NCBI GenBank assembly: GCA_047947115.1
Contig: CP170459.1
Coordinates: 1,664,001-1,728,000, forward strand
DNA: 64,000 nt
Direction: 5' to 3'
Origin: Verrucomicrobiota bacterium
GTDB lineage: Bacteria > Verrucomicrobiota > Verrucomicrobiia > Limisphaerales > AAA164-E04
Both the position numbers and the translations under genes were made by a program. This document shows, piece by piece, positions 1 to 8,477 of the stretch. The notes under the pieces were generated by a model. It was given only the letters and a program-made list of their open reading frames with translations. It did no database searches and was not told where the DNA came from. Every line of letters begins with the position of its first letter. Positions within the stretch are counted from its first letter, which is position 1.

Positions 1-2
1 AG

Positions 3-683
3 CGTATCCCGCTTCAGCATTTGGTGGGGTCCGTTGGTTTTTACGGTCTGGATCTGATGGTTTCGCCGGATGCCCTCATTCCTCGGCCCGAGACGGAGAT
101 TCTGGTGGAAACGGTTCTGGAGGAGATCAAAAAAGCAAGAGAGCTGGACCGACCTTTGCGAATACTTGACATGGCCACCGGTACCGGCTGCATCGCGCTG
201 GCTCTTGCCAATGAGGTGCCATCCGCCGAAGTATGGGGTGTGGATGTTTCGGAGTCCGCTTTGAAACTGGCCCAAGAAAATGCCAGGCATTGTGGCCTGG
301 ATCAGCGGGTGAAATTCGTTCATTCCGATCTTTGGTCCGCTTTTGAGATGGATTCCATAATATGGGATGTGATTGTTTCCAACCCGCCGTATATACCGAC
401 CGAAGAAATTCCCACTTTGGAACCTGAGGTGCGGGATCACGATCCGTTGCTTGCCTTGGACGGGGGTGATGATGGTTTGGATTTTTACTACAAGATTGCA
501 AGCGAATCGGGTGCATGGCTGCATTCAGGTGGGTTTATCTGCCTGGAATGCGGTAAAGATCAGGCCTCTTCCATTGAAATTCTGTTTAAATCGGCATCGT
601 GGTTTGCGGATCGGGTGGTTCGAGATTACAATAAGATCCGTCGAATCCTGGTTTTTCGGAGAGAAGAGCATTCTCGCCCGTAG
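3..683 (+). CDS. prmC: Release factor glutamine methyltransferase (HemK/PrmC), 5' end outside window
   Basis: Frame open from base 3 (RIPLQHLVG); LIPRPETE, LDMATGTG SAM-binding loop, VSNPPY motif, ALDGGDDG. Confidence 0.95.
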   Translation, partial: RIPLQHLVGSVGFYGLDLMVSPDALIPRPETEILVETVLEEIKKARELDRPLRILDMATGTGCIALALANEVPSAEVWGVDVSESALKLAQENARHCGLDQRVKFVHSDLWSAFEMDSIIWDVIVSNPPYIPTEEIPTLEPEVRDHDPLLALDGGDDGLDFYYKIASESGAWLHSGGFICLECGKDQASSIEILFKSASWFADRVVRDYNKIRRILVFRREEHSRP

Positions 684-717
684 CGCCAACGAGTAACCCA
701 AATTTCATTCTAGAAAC

Positions 718-1980
718 ATGGATACCTTTATCATCCAGGGCGGTGTGCCCTTGAACGGAGAAGTCGCCATTAGCGGCGCCAAAAATGCCGTGCTGCCGAT
801 CCTGGCCGCAACTTTGTTGACGTCCGAACCCTGTGTCATTCGTCGAGTCCCAGATTTGAGTGATGTTCACTTCATGGGCAAAATCCTTCAGTCACTCGGT
901 GCCGATTTCACTTTCGAAGACGGAACGGTCAAGGTTCACGCCAAACGGGTGAAGACCCGGGGCGATTACGATTTGATCCGCAAGATGCGGGGTTCCATTT
1001 GTATTCTGGGGCCATTGCTGGGGCGCAAAGGCAAGGCCACTGTGTCCATGCCCGGGGGGTGCGTGATTGGGACGCGTCCGATTGATCTGCATCTCAAGGG
1101 GCTTCGGTCGCTTTCGGCTGAAGTGAAGGTCAGGGAAGGGTATGTGCAGGTGGCCGCCAAGCGGCTTCAAGGGAACGAGGTTTTTCTCGGAGGGCGTGTG
1201 GGGCCGACGGTGCTGGGGACCGCCAACACCATGATGGCTGCCGTGCTCGCGGAAGGTGTGACGGTGATCGAAAGCGCCGCCTGTGAGCCGGAAGTGGTGG
1301 ATCTGGCGCATTTCCTGATATCCATGGGAGCAAAAATCCAGGGCGCCGGATCGCCTAGAATCGTGGTGACTGGTGTGGAAAAACTGCACGGAGCCGAGCA
1401 CGAGGTGATTCCCGACCGTATTGAAGCCGCCACATACGCCATTGCCGCTGCGGCTACGAATGGGGAAGTGACCTTGACCAACATGCGTTGCGACCATCTG
1501 GCGGCCGTGTTGGACAAGTTGAAAGAAGCCGGTGTGCGGTTTGAAGCGCGCGGATCATCGCTCAAGATTCTTTCCGGCGGTGAAATTCAAGCGGTCGATG
1601 TCAGCACCCAGCCTTACACTGGGTTTCCAACTGACGTTCAAGCCCAACTGATGGCATTGATGCTCAAGGCCTCGGGGTTGAGTATCATTACCGAACGTAT
1701 ATTCGAATCCCGTTTCATGCACGCCAACGAATTGGCTCGATTAGGCGCGGATATTGCTATTGAAGGTCCCAGCGCCATCGTCAGGGGCGGGGCGGATTTG
1801 AGTGGGGCAGAGGTGATGGCCAGTGATTTGAGGGCTTCGGCCGCGTTGGTGATTGCGGGGCTGATGTGCAAGGGGCGCACGCAGGTGAATCGTATTTACC
1901 ACTTGGATCGAGGGTATGAGGTCATGGATAAAAAATTGCGCAGTTTGGGCGCACGGGTTAAAAGATCTAAAGAAAAATGA
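718..1980 (+). CDS. murA: UDP-N-acetylglucosamine 1-carboxyvinyltransferase
   Basis: SGAKNA, PGGCVIGTRPID active-site loop, GFPTDVQ, SDLRAS, HLDRGYE. Confidence 0.98.
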   Translation: MDTFIIQGGVPLNGEVAISGAKNAVLPILAATLLTSEPCVIRRVPDLSDVHFMGKILQSLGADFTFEDGTVKVHAKRVKTRGDYDLIRKMRGSICILGPLLGRKGKATVSMPGGCVIGTRPIDLHLKGLRSLSAEVKVREGYVQVAAKRLQGNEVFLGGRVGPTVLGTANTMMAAVLAEGVTVIESAACEPEVVDLAHFLISMGAKIQGAGSPRIVVTGVEKLHGAEHEVIPDRIEAATYAIAAAATNGEVTLTNMRCDHLAAVLDKLKEAGVRFEARGSSLKILSGGEIQAVDVSTQPYTGFPTDVQAQLMALMLKASGLSIITERIFESRFMHANELARLGADIAIEGPSAIVRGGADLSGAEVMASDLRASAALVIAGLMCKGRTQVNRIYHLDRGYEVMDKKLRSLGARVKRSKEK

Positions 1981-2411
1981 ATGCCAAGGTCGCAGCAGCT
2001 GGAATATTTGTCATAGTAGGCTTTGTTGGAGTGCGCCTCGTTACCTTCATGCAGGAGGCAGACAAACATGTCAACCGCCAGGCATACGAGGATGGTTACT
2101 ACAAAACGCCCGCCAATGAGGAACCGGAAGATATCATTCCCATGGATCTGCCCGGGCTTCCACAACAGCTGCAAGCTTCTTATGATGTTGTGATCGAAAA
2201 GGATGCGGCCACTCTGGAAGCATGGCTGAAGATGTATCGACCCTATGTCAAGGAGCCTAAACTGTCCGAAATCGAGCTGGACTATATCGTTAAAGTGGGG
2301 CGCACTGATCCTCCAAAAGCCCGGAAACTTTTTTCCGAAGTAGCTGCCAAGAATGGGCCGAGTTCACCGTTGCGGGACCGGATCGATACGCTTTCCAAGA
2401 CGTATCAGTGA
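1977..2411 (+). CDS. Hypothetical membrane-anchored protein
   Basis: ATGA overlap with murA stop; hydrophobic N-terminal segment; 144 aa. Confidence 0.7.
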   Translation: MNAKVAAAGIFVIVGFVGVRLVTFMQEADKHVNRQAYEDGYYKTPANEEPEDIIPMDLPGLPQQLQASYDVVIEKDAATLEAWLKMYRPYVKEPKLSEIELDYIVKVGRTDPPKARKLFSEVAAKNGPSSPLRDRIDTLSKTYQ

Positions 2412-2453
2412 GATCAGATCGACCGTGGGGTTCAAAATTTATCAAAAAAGGGA

Positions 2454-2481
2454 TTGACCGGATGATTTCGACTGTTTTAAT
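2454..2481 (+). promoter_or_regulatory. Putative sigma70 promoter
   Basis: TTGACC-16 nt-TTTAAT with extended -10 TG. Confidence 0.45.
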
Positions 2482-2656
2482 CGCCGCTGTCCTGATCGGG
2501 AGACCGGTTTTCAGACGACATCTCAAACGGCTCGAATCGGCTGTAAGCGTTTCGGTGGCCGGATGTCGCGGGTGGCAGGTGAGGCGCACTTTTGGCGCCT
2601 CCTTTTGCTTTTCCAGCAACTAGGCTCGTGAAGCCCAGTTACCTTTCAGGCCTGTT

Positions 2657-2827
2657 ATGCATGAAGTCTATTGTCCGGAGTGCCGCACCAAGCGTGGCAT
2701 TGTCCAACGAGAAGAGGAAGTCATGAAGAACGGTCGGCGTGTCATGAAGGGACGCTGCACCTCTTGCAACACCTCCATCATCAAAATTCTGTGCCAGAAG
2801 TTCAAATGGCACGCCATGGCACGGTAA
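2657..2827 (+). CDS. Small Zn-ribbon protein, DUF5679-like (56 aa; not in ORF track)
   Basis: MHEVYCPECRTKRGIVQREEEVMKNGRRVMKGRCTSCNTSIIKIL: YCxxC...MKNGR...KGxCxxC pattern. Confidence 0.75.
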   Translation: MHEVYCPECRTKRGIVQREEEVMKNGRRVMKGRCTSCNTSIIKILCQKFKWHAMAR

Positions 2828-2896
2828 TCATTATTACCGCTTGCCCGACACCTTGTGGCAGAATGACGGCTTTTGCCGTACTCTACTTGTTTGATC

Positions 2897-3754
2897 ATGA
2901 GCGATACACAAACGTTAATCCATGTTTTCCCCGGTCAAGGTTCCCAAAATAAGGGGATGGGAGAGGGCTTGTTCGATGCTTTTCCGGAACAGACCAAGGC
3001 TGCGGATGAGATTCTCGGTTATTCCATCCAGTCCCTTTGTCTGGAAGATGCCGGTGATCAATTGAATCAAACCCAGTTCACCCAACCCGCTTTATACGTG
3101 GTGAACGCCCTGACTTATCAGCAGAGACTGAACGAAACGGAAAGAAAACCGGATTTTGTGGCTGGGCATAGTTTGGGGGAATACAACGCGCTGTTAGCTG
3201 CCGGGGTGTTTGATTTTGAGACAGGACTTCGATTGGTTCAGAAGCGCGGTGCGTTGATGGCAAGTGCCACGGGGGGAGGCATGGCGGCTGTGCTGGGAAT
3301 GACCATCGACAAGATTCACGAAGTTTTGGAGCAATCTGAAATCTCCGGTGTCAGCATCGCCAATCTCAATGCACCCCAGCAAACGGTATTGACCGGCAGT
3401 AAGGACGGCATTCTTGCTTTGCAACCGAAATTTCAAGAGGCAGGGGCCAAACGTTATATTCCGTTGAATGTCAGTGGTGCCTTTCACTCACCATTCATGG
3501 AGCCCGCTCAAAAGGAATTCGAAAGCTTTTTGGAGCCGTTTGATTTTGAAAAACCCTCCATTCCGGTCATTTCCAATGTCGAAGCCATACCTTATCCCGA
3601 TCACGGAGTGGCCCATTTACTCGCATTGCAGATCACTTCGCCTGTGCGATGGGTGGAAACGATTCAGTATCTGAATCAACAGCCCAATCCTGTTTTTGAA
3701 GAAGTGGGGCCCGGCAAAGTGCTTCAGGGATTGATCCGTCAGATTTCGGCCTGA
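2897..3754 (+). CDS. fabD: Malonyl-CoA:ACP transacylase (FabD family; resembles PksC-type trans-AT)
   Basis: FPGQGSQ, TQFTQPAL, GHSLGEY catalytic Ser, VSGAFHS, EVGPG. Confidence 0.9.
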   Translation: MSDTQTLIHVFPGQGSQNKGMGEGLFDAFPEQTKAADEILGYSIQSLCLEDAGDQLNQTQFTQPALYVVNALTYQQRLNETERKPDFVAGHSLGEYNALLAAGVFDFETGLRLVQKRGALMASATGGGMAAVLGMTIDKIHEVLEQSEISGVSIANLNAPQQTVLTGSKDGILALQPKFQEAGAKRYIPLNVSGAFHSPFMEPAQKEFESFLEPFDFEKPSIPVISNVEAIPYPDHGVAHLLALQITSPVRWVETIQYLNQQPNPVFEEVGPGKVLQGLIRQISA

Positions 3755-3854
3755 ATCGGATCTCCTCTGCCTTTGTGAGACTACGGGGGACGTTTGCCGG
3801 AGATGGCTTTTTTGCGGATCAGTCGAGTAGAGAATCGGGGGGGGCAGGTTGGTT

Positions 3855-4259
3855 TTACGTATATTGCCGTATCATCACGCTTTCGCGACCCACTCCGTAG
3901 GCTGACTTGATCTGGTTCAATTTTCGTCCGGAAGTGCGGGAGTGATCCAGTTCGCCTCGGGTCCGGTCGAGCTTTGCACCCAGATTCTGTGAGTTCTCGC
4001 GTTCCAGATGGAGTAATTCGGTCATCCGGGGAGCCAACCAATGACGTATGGTTGCGTCATCCGCTCCATGGCTTGCGGTGATTGTCTCGATCTGCCCCAT
4101 GATTTGCTGGATGGACTGCTGGACAATCCGGATCTGTTCCCAGTCCTGGCCTTGAATGGCCTTGGTTTCCTGCTGGCAGAACACCTTCCAGTCCTGTAGA
4201 AGGCTTTCCACTGTCTGTATCCAATCAGGTTTCACGGTATCGAAATCTGTCTGATTCAA
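3855..4259 (-). CDS. Helical flagellar chaperone-like protein (FliT/FlgN-like)
   Basis: Coiled-coil-like 134 aa ORF directly after fliS; call is largely positional. Confidence 0.5.
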   Translation of the reverse strand: MNQTDFDTVKPDWIQTVESLLQDWKVFCQQETKAIQGQDWEQIRIVQQSIQQIMGQIETITASHGADDATIRHWLAPRMTELLHLERENSQNLGAKLDRTRGELDHSRTSGRKLNQIKSAYGVGRESVMIRQYT

Positions 4260-4261
4260 GT

Positions 4262-4657
4262 TCAGGCTGTGACGGATTGTTGTTCGAGCATTTCGGCCCA
4301 GCCCTCCTGCAGGGTCGTCAGTCGATCGATCACCTCCACGATGCCCGCCTCATCTTTGCGGATATTGCTTTCAAACAATCGGCGTTCGAGGTAGGCGTAA
4401 AGATCACTCAGCACAACGGCAAGCTTTCCTCCCTGTTCCATGTTGAGAGTGTTGTGCAATTCATTGATGATGTCCTGGGCTCGGGAGATGTTGTTGTGGA
4501 CGGTTTCATTCATCTCCAGAGGATCATCCAGTTCCAGTCCCATCCGTGCGCGTTCGAGAAATTTGATGGCTCCCTCATAGAGCATCAATACCAATTACCC
4601 GGGAGGGGCGGTTTGGAGTGATATGGTCTTATAGGACTGAAGTGGATTGGCAATCAT
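4262..4657 (-). pseudogene. fliS: Flagellar export chaperone FliS with in-frame TAA at 4595-4597
   Basis: MIANPLQSYKTISLQTAPPG*LVLMLYEGAI...LYAYL...LQEGW; the stop falls inside the conserved TAxPxxLVLMLY motif. Confidence 0.85.
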
Positions 4658-4672
4658 AGTTTGTGATGAATC

Positions 4673-4942
4673 TTAATCTTCGTCTAATTTGATGTGGTCG
4701 CCGAGGAGATTTGCTATTTTAACCACTGTTTCAAGTGGGGGATAAAATTCGGAAGCGAGTAGTTCCTTTCCTCTTTGGACAACCTCCGGTCTTACTTCTT
4801 CATCGGTTTCCATGAGCTCTGCCTTTAGCAGGTCGATGGAATTTATGAATTCATCTTGCGGCTTCACGTTTTCCGGACGTGGCGGCTGTTGAGCCGGATT
4901 CATGGAGATCTGTACAGGATCTAGATTGGGTTCGATTTTCAT
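4673..4942 (-). CDS. FlgM-like anti-sigma-28 factor
   Basis: 89 aa, disordered N-terminus, C-terminal EVRPEVVQRGKELLASEFY...KIANLL; flagellar context. Confidence 0.55.
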   Translation of the reverse strand: MKIEPNLDPVQISMNPAQQPPRPENVKPQDEFINSIDLLKAELMETDEEVRPEVVQRGKELLASEFYPPLETVVKIANLLGDHIKLDED

Positions 4943-4994
4943 AATGATTCGCCTCGTTTTTTGGTTATTGGATGCGACAGGTTAGCACAGCGTA

Positions 4995-5707
4995 TCATTT
5001 CCTTGGCGGTAAAGTTGAGAACACGGAATCGAGCGTGTATTGCCCGAATAGTCGGGGAGACGCGAGAACGAGTTCCGGGTCCGGTTTTCGAAAGGCTGCG
5101 CTGAGTTGTGTCTCGTAATACGTTTGCGCGGCAGCCGCCACATGTATGTTTCCAGCATCATAAAATTCGTCAATTTCCCATATGGTTTCCAATGTGTCCG
5201 TGTCGATCAGTTTCATGTGCCATCCCATTTTGATGGGTGCCATGGTCTTGAGTGAGGTCAATTCACTCAGCAGCACCGCCTGGCAATTCAATTGCTCTTT
5301 CAATATCTTGAAAAATCTTTTGAAAACACGTGGTCGGAATAGATTTTCCGATAACCGGTCAGGGTGTTCAAGGTATCGCTGTCGAGTACCCGAACCGCAA
5401 ATGCATGCGTTTTCATCAGTTCTGAACGGTAAATTTGTTTCAAAACATTCAGTGTTTCATCATGTCCCGCGCTGATATTCCTGCCTGCTTCCGGTGTGAT
5501 CACGGCAACATTCACCAGTTCGGGTGCCAAGTAGGTGCGGCTTGATGAATAGTTGCTCGGTTGATACGGCTCTGCTTTTGGTTTCGCAAGTGGCACGGTC
5601 TGGCAGCCGGTTCCCGCTAACAACACCCAGAGCAACATGACGATGACTGCCATGTTAGCAGGATGGGGATAGGGTCGATTCGTTTTCATGTCTTTACTCC
5701 AATTCAT
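4995..5707 (-). pseudogene. Putative lipoprotein of flagellar operon, split by a 1-bp deletion near 5311-5315
   Basis: Lipobox-like LAGTGC; ORFs 5300-5707 and 4995-5303 join (SKDFFKILKEQL) if one base is added to an A5 run. Confidence 0.65.
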
Positions 5708-7419
5708 TGACCTGTGCTGACGCCGAGTCGAGATGATAAAAAGCTCATCTGCTGGTTGATCTGCTGTTGTGCCTGTTCCATGGAAACAAAGCTGGAAATC
5801 AACTGTTCCCTTCGCATTTGAACAAAAGATTCCATGCGTTCAATCTGATCATCGATATCTGTCGACTGCTCCGTCAGGCGATCTTGTTTTTCAATCAAAT
5901 CCCCGTCCTCACCAATTTGTTGGTCGATGTAGCTGAGCAGTTGAACACCTATACCACTGGTTGAATCTTGGAACAATGTTTTGATCTGGCTCAAGCTGTC
6001 GGTGAGAGCCTCGCTCAACAGGTCGGAGTCCTCTACGGACAGGTTGTTGTCGTATCCACTGCTTGAAATCCCTATCTCACTCAGGTGATTCATTGCGGCA
6101 TCCAAACCTGAAACTTCCGAAACAACGATGGAACGCAATTTGCTGGCAATGCTTTCCGCGAAATTCTCTCCGTAAAGAATCCCGGTGTTCACTTTGCCGA
6201 AGGTGTCCGTTGATGAGGAAGTGTGGGTTTCAATGAATGCCTGGACCTTGTTGAACTGGTCGATAAAATCGTTGATGCCTTTTTCTATGGTGGTTCGATC
6301 AGAATCCACGTTGACGGATGTAGTCCCCAGCTTTTTGCCCGTGACGCTCAGTCCGGCAATGCCGGTGGTGACTTCGCTGGCCTTGTTTGAGTAACTGACC
6401 TGGGTGCCTCCGCCATTGATGCTGAACTCCATGTTGTCACCTCGTTGAACGGTTCCGGCGCTGATTCCTGTTGCCGTCAGAAAATTCCCAGTCAAGTCTT
6501 CCATGCTGACTCCGAGATCGCCCGTGGTGGTGTTGGACAGTTGGATACGATCGTTTGTCGCGTCGTAGGTGGCGATGACTCCCGCTCCGGAGGCATTGAT
6601 GCGGTCCATCACGTTTGTCAGACTGTCACTGGATGCATCAAAGCTGATGGAGACGCCATTGATCTTGAACGAGCCTGTTCCGGCTCCTCCGTCTGAAATG
6701 GGTGTTGAAAAGTTTCCTGATACCAGGGCTTTGTCCGTTTGCACTTTCCCCAATGCATTGCTGCTGTCGATCGTGCCCGTGCCGTTGTTGAAAAGTTCGG
6801 CTTCCTGAAGGAAATTGGTCGTATCGTTTGAACTGCCGAGAATAATTTCCGATCCGCTGCTCAACTGTATTTTGTCCGTGACCGGATCATAGCTTCCCGT
6901 CACCGAACCGGATGTGGCCGCACTGATGGCGTCAAAAACGTCCTGTAATGATTGGGATGTCGTGATATCGATTCTCTTTCCATTGACAGTAAAGGAACCA
7001 TCGTTGATGGCGTTTCGAAAAGGTGCCTCGGACAGTAGCAATCCTGAGACATCCGAAGTGGCATTGAGCTGCCCTCCAACATCGGAAGTGCCTATTGTCT
7101 TGGTTGAGGTGGCGAGTTTGGAAATGGTGATGTCGTAGTTTCCTTGAGCAGCGCCCGGGGAGACTTCAGCATAAGCCACGGTTTCATCGGAAACGCTCAC
7201 TTGCCGCTGATCGAACAGATCATCCTCGACAAGGGATTCGAGTCTGCTTTGGAGCACCGTTAGTTCGGTTTGAAGGCTCTTGTAGGTGGTGTTCTTATCA
7301 AAGATGTCAGACTGCTCCAGCAGCAGCCGCTGCTGCGGGATGCGCTCCAGGTCGGTCAACTGGTCCACCATGGACATCCAGTCGAACCCTGAAGCCAATC
7401 CTGACAATTGAAGTTCCAC
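5704..7419 (-). CDS. fliD: Flagellar filament cap protein
   Basis: N-terminal LSGLASGFDW..MVDQL; C-terminal L...F..ME...Q.NQQ..FL. Confidence 0.95.
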   Translation of the reverse strand: MELQLSGLASGFDWMSMVDQLTDLERIPQQRLLLEQSDIFDKNTTYKSLQTELTVLQSRLESLVEDDLFDQRQVSVSDETVAYAEVSPGAAQGNYDITISKLATSTKTIGTSDVGGQLNATSDVSGLLLSEAPFRNAINDGSFTVNGKRIDITTSQSLQDVFDAISAATSGSVTGSYDPVTDKIQLSSGSEIILGSSNDTTNFLQEAELFNNGTGTIDSSNALGKVQTDKALVSGNFSTPISDGGAGTGSFKINGVSISFDASSDSLTNVMDRINASGAGVIATYDATNDRIQLSNTTTGDLGVSMEDLTGNFLTATGISAGTVQRGDNMEFSINGGGTQVSYSNKASEVTTGIAGLSVTGKKLGTTSVNVDSDRTTIEKGINDFIDQFNKVQAFIETHTSSSTDTFGKVNTGILYGENFAESIASKLRSIVVSEVSGLDAAMNHLSEIGISSSGYDNNLSVEDSDLLSEALTDSLSQIKTLFQDSTSGIGVQLLSYIDQQIGEDGDLIEKQDRLTEQSTDIDDQIERMESFVQMRREQLISSFVSMEQAQQQINQQMSFLSSRLGVSTGQ

Positions 7420-7485
7420 GATATAAGCCTTTTCTACTAGTTTCCGATAGTTGTTTACCGGACTGAAACAGTCCGGCCCTAATGT

Positions 7486-7512
7486 TTATCGGAAAATAGC
7501 GAGAGGGACTTA
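7486..7512 (-). promoter_or_regulatory. Sigma-28 (FliA) promoter of fliD operon
   Basis: TAAG-N15-TCCGATAA on minus strand (consensus TAAA-N15-GCCGATAA). Confidence 0.8.
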
Positions 7513-7550
7513 AGAAGGAACTTCTTTAAAAGACTGAAAAAGGACTTAAT

Positions 7551-7582
7551 AAAAAGCCCGGTCTTTTGAAGTAAGACCGGGC
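7551..7582 (-). terminator. Intrinsic terminator after fliC
   Basis: GCCCGGTCTT/AAGACCGGGC stem followed by T5 on minus strand. Confidence 0.85.
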
Positions 7583-7607
7583 CTGTGGGCTTTGGAACTG
7601 ATCTGTG

Positions 7608-8417
7608 CTAACCGATCAATCTTAGTGCCGATTGCGGCATGGCGTTGGCTTGGGCAAGCATTGCTGTTCCGGATTGGACCAGAATGTTCTGTCTTGCGAA
7701 GTTCGCGCTTTCTTCCGCAACGTCAACATCTTTGATGCGACTGTTTGCTTGACTGATGTTGTCTTTCAACACGCTCAGTTGTGAGCTGGTGTTTTCCTGC
7801 CGGGAGATATTGGCACCTACGGTTGCCCGGTCGGTGGCCAATTGGTTGATGGCAGTTTTCACTGCGGTCAACGCTGACGATGCTCCTGCGGTAGTGCCTA
7901 CTGCGAGTGAGTTCAACGCCGTGTAATTTGCTCCGGCAGCAAGGTTGACACCTGTCGCTGCAAACTTGGTTCCATCACTGTCTGTCGTTACGTTCAATGA
8001 ACTGCCATTGAACAAGCTGACACCATTAAAATCCTTTTTGGCGATATCCACGATGTAACTATCCAGGGTCTGGAATTCCTTATCGTAGAGAGCGCGGTCA
8101 GTATTTGTCTTCGTTTCATCCTGTGCGAGCATGGACAACTCACTCATTCGATCCAACGCTTTTCCGACTTTGTTCAAAAAGCCATCCTGCGTTTGTGAAA
8201 ATGAGACGGCATTGCCGACGTTGTCCTTAGCTGCCTGGATCCGGTTGACCTGTGCGTCAAACTTAAGTGAGACTGCGGCTCCTGCCGCGTCGTCTGCAGG
8301 TGAGTTTAACTTGGAACCTGAAGACAATCTTGCCAGGGATTTTTGTAGTGCCTGTGTCGATTCTCCCAAAATGCGAGATGACATTGCCGCCGACGGATTA
8401 GTATTGATGACTACCAT
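7608..8417 (-). CDS. fliC: Flagellin (short, ~269 aa)
   Basis: MVVINTN...LARLSSGSKLNSPADDAAG; SRIKDVDVAEE...AMLAQAN; GGAAGGAG RBS before ATG 8417. Confidence 0.97.
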   Translation of the reverse strand: MVVINTNPSAAMSSRILGESTQALQKSLARLSSGSKLNSPADDAAGAAVSLKFDAQVNRIQAAKDNVGNAVSFSQTQDGFLNKVGKALDRMSELSMLAQDETKTNTDRALYDKEFQTLDSYIVDIAKKDFNGVSLFNGSSLNVTTDSDGTKFAATGVNLAAGANYTALNSLAVGTTAGASSALTAVKTAINQLATDRATVGANISRQENTSSQLSVLKDNISQANSRIKDVDVAEESANFARQNILVQSGTAMLAQANAMPQSALRLIG

Positions 8418-8450
8418 TTTAGACTCCTTCCATTGAGTTTTTAGTTTATA

Positions 8451-8470
8451 ATATGGCTTCCTTGCCATAT
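8451..8470 (-). promoter_or_regulatory. Putative CsrA/RsmA-binding hairpin in flagellin leader
   Basis: ATATGGC-AAGGAA-GCCATAT hairpin with GGA in a hexaloop, ~35 nt upstream of the fliC start. Confidence 0.6.
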
Positions 8471-8477
8471 GGGATTT

